Source of the DNA: an uncultured Pedobacter sp.
Lineage (GTDB): Bacteria; Bacteroidota; Bacteroidia; Sphingobacteriales; Sphingobacteriaceae
DNA: 64,000 nucleotides
Reading direction: 5' to 3'
NCBI GenBank assembly: GCA_964592575.1
Contig: CAZQFF010000002.1
Location: 75,460-139,459 of the forward strand
Made by a program: the position numbers and the translations under genes. Within the stretch, counting starts at the first letter, position 1. Each line of letters starts with the position of its first letter. The notes beneath the pieces are model-generated. The model worked only from the letters and a program-made list of their open reading frames with translations, was not told the DNA's origin and made no database searches. Below, piece by piece: positions 18,572 to 26,600 of the stretch.

Positions 18572-19170
18572 AGGATATCGGTATTTTTAATTGTCTTCTC
18601 AAAAGTTATAAAACTTGGATACTTCAAGTTTTCCGATCCAATTTTTATTATTGGTTTCACCTTAAATTGAAAGCTAATTTGAGTTTCAGGCCCACTTTTT
18701 ATCCCGATTAAAAAACGTTGTAATTGATTTAACATGCCATCTTGTTTTAAAAACTTATAGATCTCCGCACGGATTGGCACTTGAACACTTTGCGTATCAC
18801 CCGGAGATACTCGAATGGCTTGATTAAAATTACCCTGTGTAAATGGCTTTTGATCCACTAGAATTTCATATTCAAATTGATTTAAGGCCGCAACTTTTTG
18901 TCCCTCGTTTTTAATTTCAACAGTGAATAAGCCCTCTAAAGGGATATCTCTGGTTATAAGACCTAAGGCAACTCCAGATAACTGATTTAAATTAATTGGC
19001 TCACCTCTTAAAGCTGAGGTAATATCAGATCCAGCTATGACTAAGCTATCTAAAGTCACCAGTTTGAAATTACAATTTTCAAAAGCTTTTAGCTGTTTTG
19101 CTTGCTGTCCAACACCACAAGAAATTTGAAGGCCAACAATTAAAAAAAGGATTATAATATATTTTCTCAT
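18568..19170 (-). CDS. LEA type-2-like lipoprotein
   Basis: Lipobox LQISC; VEIKN..LNQFEYEILVD..IRVSPGDTQSVQVP; -7 box at 19179-19186. Confidence 0.65.
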   Translation of the reverse strand: MRKYIIILFLIVGLQISCGVGQQAKQLKAFENCNFKLVTLDSLVIAGSDITSALRGEPINLNQLSGVALGLITRDIPLEGLFTVEIKNEGQKVAALNQFEYEILVDQKPFTQGNFNQAIRVSPGDTQSVQVPIRAEIYKFLKQDGMLNQLQRFLIGIKSGPETQISFQFKVKPIIKIGSENLKYPSFITFEKTIKNTDIL

Positions 19171-19253
19171 ACGATTTACAAAGTTACAAAATCTATGTTT
19201 AATGATTTAATATTAGATTTTGGTTGTATGTTTGAATAACCAAAATTATTAAG

Positions 19254-20069
19254 ATGGAAAAACCTTCTATAGCTGTAATTGGTGCTGGGTGGTTAGGAAC
19301 AGCCTTAGCTATTCATTTAGAGCAAAATGGATTTGCTGTAAAGGCAAGTTCACGTAAGCAAGAAAAATTAGATGAATTACAAAGCAAAAACATATCTACT
19401 TTTTATTTCAATCTTGAAGACCCATCTACTTTCCGTTCAAAGCTCTTTGATGCCGATATCTATGTAATCTGTCTCTCACTATCTATACCAACAGATAAAC
19501 TAACTTATTGGGAGAATATAATCACAGAATTTCTAACTTATTTAAAATCAAAAAAACCTAAAAAGGTTCTTTTGATGAGCTCAATAGGCCTTATCTCAAA
19601 TTTAGGCAAGACCATAAACGAGCTGGATGCAGAACATTTAGCTTTAGAACCATCTTATAGTTTAATTGCCGAAAACAGTTTACAAAAATTACACCCTTGG
19701 CCTGGATTTATTTTTCGATTAGGCGGATTAATAGGCCCCGGTAGAGACCTCACCAAACATTTTTCTGGAAAATCTAATATTCCAAATGGATTAGCTCCCG
19801 TTAACTTGATTCATCTGAGGGATTTGGTCGACATTATTCACAAGGCTATAGAAGAAAACCTACCTAATAATGTATTACATATCATCCATAATCAGCATCC
19901 TAGTAGAATGGATTTTTACACCAATTTATGTCAAATCATGCAAAAACCTCTTCCAACTTTTAGTGCTGAACTAAAAGACTGGAAGATAATTGATTCTGCA
20001 TTTTTAAGCTCTTGGTATAATTTCAAGATCGATCTAATGGATTTAAGCCCATCTGATTTTAAGGCTTAA
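19254..20069 (+). CDS. NAD(P)-dependent epimerase/SDR-like protein (YeeZ-like)
   Basis: VIGAGWLG, RLGGLIGPGR, PVNLIH. Confidence 0.8.
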   Translation: MEKPSIAVIGAGWLGTALAIHLEQNGFAVKASSRKQEKLDELQSKNISTFYFNLEDPSTFRSKLFDADIYVICLSLSIPTDKLTYWENIITEFLTYLKSKKPKKVLLMSSIGLISNLGKTINELDAEHLALEPSYSLIAENSLQKLHPWPGFIFRLGGLIGPGRDLTKHFSGKSNIPNGLAPVNLIHLRDLVDIIHKAIEENLPNNVLHIIHNQHPSRMDFYTNLCQIMQKPLPTFSAELKDWKIIDSAFLSSWYNFKIDLMDLSPSDFKA

Positions 20070-21369
20070 GTTTAATCCAATTAGCTAAATCTAAAATTAA
20101 GGCTTCTGATACATTTGCCGGAACTTGATATTGGGCAGTCGTCCCTTTCTCTGTTTGCTCTGTTAATAAATGATTTAATGTTGGATAAAATTTAGTTGTA
20201 GCCAGTTTATTTGACTTTAAAGCATTTTCCCACAGATCAAAATCAGTTTTACTCACTTGAAAGTCATTTCCGCCTTGTAAAACATAAACTCGCTTATTCA
20301 GCTTTTGCGTAATACCGACCTGATCAATACTATTTAAACTTACCCAATAAGATGCTGGTAGATTTAAAATAACAGAATCGGGCTTCATTTCTCCTAAAAC
20401 ACTAATACGCGTAGTCTCAATTAACTTTATTGCATTAGCTAATTCAGCCTTAATATTTTCACTAGTATCATTTAATTTTTCAACAGCATATTTATTTTGC
20501 TCAATCATGATATCACTTAATTTGCGTGCTGGAGAAGCTGAAATAATTACACCTTTAACATCTGACCTATTTTGAGCAATTTGGGATACCAACATACCGC
20601 CCAAACTATGTCCCATAATATAGATTTGTTTTTTATCTACTTCCTTAATTTTTTTAGCGGCATCAATAGCAAAATTTACATCATTAATAACTTCTTCTTT
20701 TACTGTAAAAGCACCTTTAAAATCTCCAGGATATACTAAGGTTCTCTTAACATATCTTAAAGTAGCGATACCTTGAGCAGCCAAACCCGCGGCAATATCT
20801 TTAAATGGCTTATTCGCTCCAACCGTTAAATCCATATCTCCAGGTCCTGAGCCATGTACTAAAATAACCAATGGATAAGTTTTGGCATTTTTAGGAACGG
20901 TTATAATGCCTGCTAATTGCTTATTTCCTTCTGAAATATAAGTGGATATCTCGCTAAATTTTGTTGTATCACTATAGCTAGCTGGTTTATAACTTACTGG
21001 TTTAGGCGGATTAAATAATCCTACGATAAATTCTGCCTTGTTAAATACCACAATAAAATTTTGATTATCCCTCTCAAATACGCCTTCCATGGTTACAAAG
21101 AACAGCTCACCTTGAGCTCTACTCTGAATGGGTTGTAAACTCTTAATAGCCCCATTTTTAGACTTTGTATCTTCCCAAATTTGCTTCAAAATATCAGCCG
21201 AAATTTTAGGGCGCTCAGTTTCATTTATATATAAATGTGCGCTATCATATTTAGCGGATTCTAAATAATAAAAAAAGTTATTCGCTTTATTAAATAAATT
21301 GATAACGTTTTGAGATTTGACTGATAAACTCAGAGAAATAAAAGCCAAGAAAATAAGGGTTTTTTTCAT
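20059..21369 (-). CDS. Exported alpha/beta hydrolase with DUF3887-like N-domain
   Basis: Signal peptide; HGSGP, GHSLGG nucleophile, QGGNDFQV, LNH. Confidence 0.85.
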   Translation of the reverse strand: MKKTLIFLAFISLSLSVKSQNVINLFNKANNFFYYLESAKYDSAHLYINETERPKISADILKQIWEDTKSKNGAIKSLQPIQSRAQGELFFVTMEGVFERDNQNFIVVFNKAEFIVGLFNPPKPVSYKPASYSDTTKFSEISTYISEGNKQLAGIITVPKNAKTYPLVILVHGSGPGDMDLTVGANKPFKDIAAGLAAQGIATLRYVKRTLVYPGDFKGAFTVKEEVINDVNFAIDAAKKIKEVDKKQIYIMGHSLGGMLVSQIAQNRSDVKGVIISASPARKLSDIMIEQNKYAVEKLNDTSENIKAELANAIKLIETTRISVLGEMKPDSVILNLPASYWVSLNSIDQVGITQKLNKRVYVLQGGNDFQVSKTDFDLWENALKSNKLATTKFYPTLNHLLTEQTEKGTTAQYQVPANVSEALILDLANWIKLKP

Positions 21370-21402
21370 TTTGAAATGTAAAGTAATTTAGGCAAATGTA
21401 TT

Positions 21403-22791
21403 TTATTTTATAAAATCTAATAATTCTTGAGGCGAGAATACACGTTGTTCTCCGGTTTTCATATTTTTGAGAGCAACTTGATTTGAAGCTAACTCAGTCT
21501 CTCCAATTAAAACTACATAAGGAATATTCTTGGCATCCGCATAACTCAATTGCTTTTTCAACTTGGCATTACTTGGATATAACTCAATAGAAAGGCCCAT
21601 GTTCCTAACCTCTTTTAAAAGATTCAAACTATAAGACTCCGACTCCGCTCCAAAATTACAGATAAGAACTTTTGTGCCAATTGTAGCATCTTTAGGGAAT
21701 AAATTTAGTTCTTCTAAAACATCGTAAATTCTATCTGCTCCAAATGATATTCCAACTCCTGTTAAATTCTTTAAACCAAACATTCCTGTTAGATCATCAT
21801 AGCGACCTCCCCCTCCAATACTGCCCATCGCTACTTCATTTGTTTTAACCTCAAAAATACAGCCAGTATAGTAGTTTAAACCCCTAGCTAAAGTAATATC
21901 AATTTTTAAACTAGCAGGAGAATTGGCATCTTGTAAAACTTCAACATACTGCATAACTTGCTCAATTTCCTTAAGCCCAATTAAACCAATTTCAGAGCTT
22001 TTAAGAACATCCTTAAGCATAGTTATTTGTTCTGCATTAGTTCCACGCAAGTCAATTACTGGTTTTAAAATCTCAATATCTTGTGCGGTAAACCCTCTTT
22101 CTAGAAGTTCCTTTTCTACTCCTGAGAATCCAATTTTATCTAACTTATCAATGGCAATAGTCATGTCCATCATAAGCTCTGGCTTTCCTATTAACTCAGC
22201 AATTCCACTTAAAATTTTTCGATTATTAATTTTTATATCAAAATCCTTTAAGCCTAAATTCTTCAGCGCTTCGTCGTAGATCATTACAAACTCCGCTTCA
22301 TTTAACAACGAATCGGATCCTACTACGTCAGCATCGCATTGGTAAAATTCCCTATAACGTCCCTTTTGCGGCCTATCAGCTCTCCAAACTGGTTGCATTT
22401 GAAATCGCTTAAAAGGAAGAGAAATTTCATTTTGATGCATAACAACAAATCGTGCAAAGGGCACAGTTAAATCGTATCGCAATGCTTTTTCCGAAATAAG
22501 AGGCAAAACACTTTTTGAGTTCAAAACAAATGACGGAGTTTTCTCCATTTGTTCATTAACCTCTTTTTGAAAATCTCCTGAGTTTAAAATTTTAAAGATT
22601 AGTTTATCACCTTCATCCCCGTACTTTCCAGTCAAAGTACTTAAATTCTCCATACTAGGTGTCTGAATCTCAGCATAACCATATTTTTTAAATACAGTAC
22701 GTATGGTATCAAAAATATAATTTCTCTTCACCATTTCAATTGGTGAAAAATCACGAGTTCCCTTTGGTAAACTTGGTTTTGAATTTGACAT
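21403..22791 (-). CDS. hisS: Histidine--tRNA ligase (start revised to MSNSK)
   Basis: PKGTRDF, LRYDLTVPFAR, GRYREFYQCDAD, ARGLNYYTG, GGGRYDDL; -7 box at 22796-22803. Confidence 0.97.
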   Translation of the reverse strand: MSNSKPSLPKGTRDFSPIEMVKRNYIFDTIRTVFKKYGYAEIQTPSMENLSTLTGKYGDEGDKLIFKILNSGDFQKEVNEQMEKTPSFVLNSKSVLPLISEKALRYDLTVPFARFVVMHQNEISLPFKRFQMQPVWRADRPQKGRYREFYQCDADVVGSDSLLNEAEFVMIYDEALKNLGLKDFDIKINNRKILSGIAELIGKPELMMDMTIAIDKLDKIGFSGVEKELLERGFTAQDIEILKPVIDLRGTNAEQITMLKDVLKSSEIGLIGLKEIEQVMQYVEVLQDANSPASLKIDITLARGLNYYTGCIFEVKTNEVAMGSIGGGGRYDDLTGMFGLKNLTGVGISFGADRIYDVLEELNLFPKDATIGTKVLICNFGAESESYSLNLLKEVRNMGLSIELYPSNAKLKKQLSYADAKNIPYVVLIGETELASNQVALKNMKTGEQRVFSPQELLDFIK

Positions 22792-22946
22792 ACAACAAAA
22801 ATACAAAATCTATTGTGATTTAGCTGGCTAAAGGCCCGAAAAACGATAGTTTTAAGTATTTATTTTACCAATCCTTCATTTTTGGTTTTTTTTTACTATA
22901 ATTGTAAGACCATAATTATCATACGTTTAAAATCTAATTTATATAT

Positions 22947-23630
22947 ATGAAAAAACTTCTACTCGTTTTTTTTCTCTCTATCAGCTTAATCGCTTGTAAA
23001 AAATCAGACCCACCTGCAGAACCGCCAACTAAGGCTAGTTTAAGCTTACCGGCAAACAATGAAGTTTGTGCAAATGGAACTATAATTTCTCCAACTGTTA
23101 TGGGGATAACTTTTAGATGGGCCGCAGCTCAAAATGCTGATTCATATGAATTAACTATTACTAATCTAGAGTCGAAAGCCATTCAAACTCATAATACAAA
23201 TGGGCTTGAGGCAACTATTAATTTGCAGAGAAATGCTCCATATTCATGGACAGTAACGGCTAAATCTACCAAAACTAGTGTAACTAGTGTATCTGACGTT
23301 TGGAAGTTTTATAATCCAGGTGAGGCCACTAGCTCATATGCGCCATTCCCTGCAGAAATTTTAAGTCCTAAAATGGGTGCTAAAGTTAGCCCAACCAATG
23401 GTCGAATTACTTTAGATTGGAACGGAGATGATGTAGATAAAGATATCCTAAATTATGATATCTATTTAAGTACTACTAATAATCCAGCTTTACTAAAAGG
23501 AGCCCATACAGAAAGTATTCTTAATGATGTTGCTGTAAATTCAAATTCAACATATTATTGGAAAGTGATTACTAGAGATAGTAAAGGGAATACCTCAGAT
23601 TCTGGAATTTACTCTTTTATCACCAATTAA
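22947..23630 (+). CDS. Lipoprotein with two Fn3-like domains
   Basis: Lipobox LIAC-KKSD; FRWAAAQNADSYEL..YSWTV; LDWNGDD..YDIYL..YYWKVITRD. Confidence 0.7.
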   Translation: MKKLLLVFFLSISLIACKKSDPPAEPPTKASLSLPANNEVCANGTIISPTVMGITFRWAAAQNADSYELTITNLESKAIQTHNTNGLEATINLQRNAPYSWTVTAKSTKTSVTSVSDVWKFYNPGEATSSYAPFPAEILSPKMGAKVSPTNGRITLDWNGDDVDKDILNYDIYLSTTNNPALLKGAHTESILNDVAVNSNSTYYWKVITRDSKGNTSDSGIYSFITN

Positions 23631-23665
23631 TTTACCTCTTACCATTTTAATAAAATCTTGAACTG

Positions 23666-26600
23666 ATGTTTAAATTTACTATAAAGTCATTTTTACTAAT
23701 TGTTTGTGTGTTTATTATTGGAGCACTGCAATCCGTAAAAGCTCAAACTAAACAGAACCAGCATATTGTTGTTGCAGGGACCTTTCAAAAAATATATTAT
23801 TTTTCAAATTCTGAATTGGATTTAAGCAGTATTTTCTCTGCTTCTTCTGGATTACCAATTACTTTTACCTCTGATAACCCCAGTATTGCGACTATTGTCG
23901 ACGGAAAGATTAAACCGGTAAACATAGGGACATTCAATTTAACTATTTCTCAATCGGGTAATGGAACTTATTTTGCAGCCCCTGATTATATTACTCAAAT
24001 CACATTTATAAGAGGTTTTCAAAGCATCACCTTTAATGATATTCCAGCAAAGTCACTAAGCAGTCCAAATTTTGCTCCAGATGCTAGTGCTGATTCAGGC
24101 TTACCACTTACCTATGAAAGTAGCAATACCAATGTTGCTGTAGTTTTAGGAGGAACAACAATCCAAATAGTTGGCCAAGGTTCAACACAAATCACAGCTA
24201 AACAAGCTGGAAATGCAAACTATTTTGAGGCAACAAGCGTAACTAAAGTTTTAAATGTAAGCCCTAATACGCAAACTATTACTTTTAATCCGATTACCAA
24301 AGCATATTTAGATCCAAACTTTCAACTAAATGCAATTGCTAGCTCGGGCTTACCAATATCATACTATACGAGTAGCAACCCCGCTGTCGCCACTATTCTC
24401 TCCAATAATACCGTGAAAATAAATGGGGTGGGAACAACAACTTTAACCGCTTATCAAAATGGTAACTCAAGCTTCCAAGCCACAAGTAATACGGCGACTT
24501 TAACCGTAACCAAAGCTGATCAAAATATTTTAATGGCAACAAGTGCTAATTCAAAATATGGAGTAGAAGATTTTGCTATAGACGCTTTTGCCTCTTCTGG
24601 TTTAGCACCTACTTTTACAAGTAGCAATACTGCTGTTGCGACCATTGTAGCGGGCAAAATACACATTACAGGAGTTGGTCAAACAACAATTACTGCAAAC
24701 CAAGCTGGAGACGCTTTATATAATGCAGCTTCACCTGCAAATTTAATTTTAGTAGTATCTAAAGGCGATCAGACGATAACATTTCCACCACTATTGGCTA
24801 AAGCAGTAGGCACTCCTAACTTTGATCCAGGGGCAACTGCTAGCTCAGGATTAAGTGTAACTTACACTTCAAGTAATACCGCTGTTGTTGAAATTGATAA
24901 TAATCAAATTAAAGTGATTGGTGCTGGCACGGCCACTATCACAGCCAGTCAAGCTGGAAATCCGAACTATAATGCAGCTACTGATGTTAGTAGAGAAATT
25001 TCAATAGCAAACACCATTCAAACCATCCTATTTCCTGCAATTCCTGTAAAAACAGTAGGAGATCCAGATTTTGATCCAGGAGCAACTGCAAATACAGCAC
25101 TACCTATTACTTATACTAGCTCCAATAATAATGTAGCTACTATTTTAAATAATAGAGTTCATATTATAGCTGGTGGAACATCTACAATAACGGCAACACA
25201 AGCGGGTAATTCCAACTATGCTAGCGTAAGTGCAACCGCCATATTAACGGTTAACAAAAAAGATCAAACTATTGATTTTCCAGTTTTAAGTAATAAACTG
25301 AGAAGTGATGCAGATTTCTTTTTACAAGCATCGGCAAGTTCTAACTTAGATATTACTTACACATCGAGTGATCCAAGTATTGCACAAATTACGGGTAACT
25401 CCGTAAAACTTTTAAGAGCGGGCAGCGTTGATATTACAGCTCAACAAACTGGAAATGCAGCCTTTAATGCCGCCTTACCAGTTGTTAGAACACTTTTAAT
25501 ACAAAAAGGAAATCAAATTATAGACTTTCCTCCAATTTCAAATAAAACACTTTTAGATGTTGAATTCTATCCAGGTGCCTATAGTAATTCTGGTTTAGAC
25601 ATTGTATATACATCAAGTAATACTTCAGTTGCTACTATATCGGGACAAAAAGTAACATTAATAGCTCCAGGCACCACCACAATTACTGCGACACAATCTG
25701 GGGATTCAAATTGGAATTCAAGTGCTTTAACCCAAGTATTAAAAGTAGAATCAATTGTCAATAGAATTGATTTTCCAGAAGTATCCAATATTGGCTTAAA
25801 TGTAGCTGAATATGATTTGCAAATAACTAGTACATCAGGTTTACCTGTAACTATTGTGAGTAGTAATCCAAGTATAGCTTCTATTAATGCTGGAAAATTA
25901 ATTCCACATCAATTTGGAACAGTAATTGTAACAGCTAGTCAAGCTGGAAACACGACATATGAAGCAGCTCGCACAGTCAGTCGTACTATTAACATCACGA
26001 AGAGTCAGCAAACCATTACTTTCCCAGTTATTCCAAACAAGACAATTGGAGATGCGGACTTCACAACAGGAGCCACTGTTAACTCTGGTTTACCGATTAG
26101 CTATACCATATCAGATCCGAGTGTAATTTCTATTACAGGTGGAATGATTAAAATTCTTGGACCAGGCACAACTGTCATTACTGCGACTCAAGCTGGAGAT
26201 GTTAATTATTTACCTGCACTCTCAGTATCAAGAACCCTAACTGTAACAGGAAATGCTGCGCAAGCTATTACTTTCCCTACTTTAGTAGATGTACCATTTA
26301 GTACTTCAGATTATAATCCAGGAGCAATAAGCAACACAGGCTTGCCTATTACTTATACCACAAGTAATTCAAGTATTGCTGTACCTAATGGTAATTTAAT
26401 TCGTCTTGTTGGTGTTGGCACAGTAACCATTACTGCTAATCAAGTAGGTGACAACACATATGGCCCAGCAACGGCAACAGCCACCATTAATGTCATTAAA
26501 GGTAGTGCTCCAATTTCATTTAATCCTTTGGCAAATAGACCAATGCATGCCGTTGAGTTTGACGCCATTGCAACTAATCAAGTTGGACTACCTATTACTT

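Noticed and set aside
21923-22279. 118-aa ORF antisense to hisS (likewise 34308-34691 antisense to prc)
   Set aside because: Ser/Ile-rich composition typical of reverse-strand shadows
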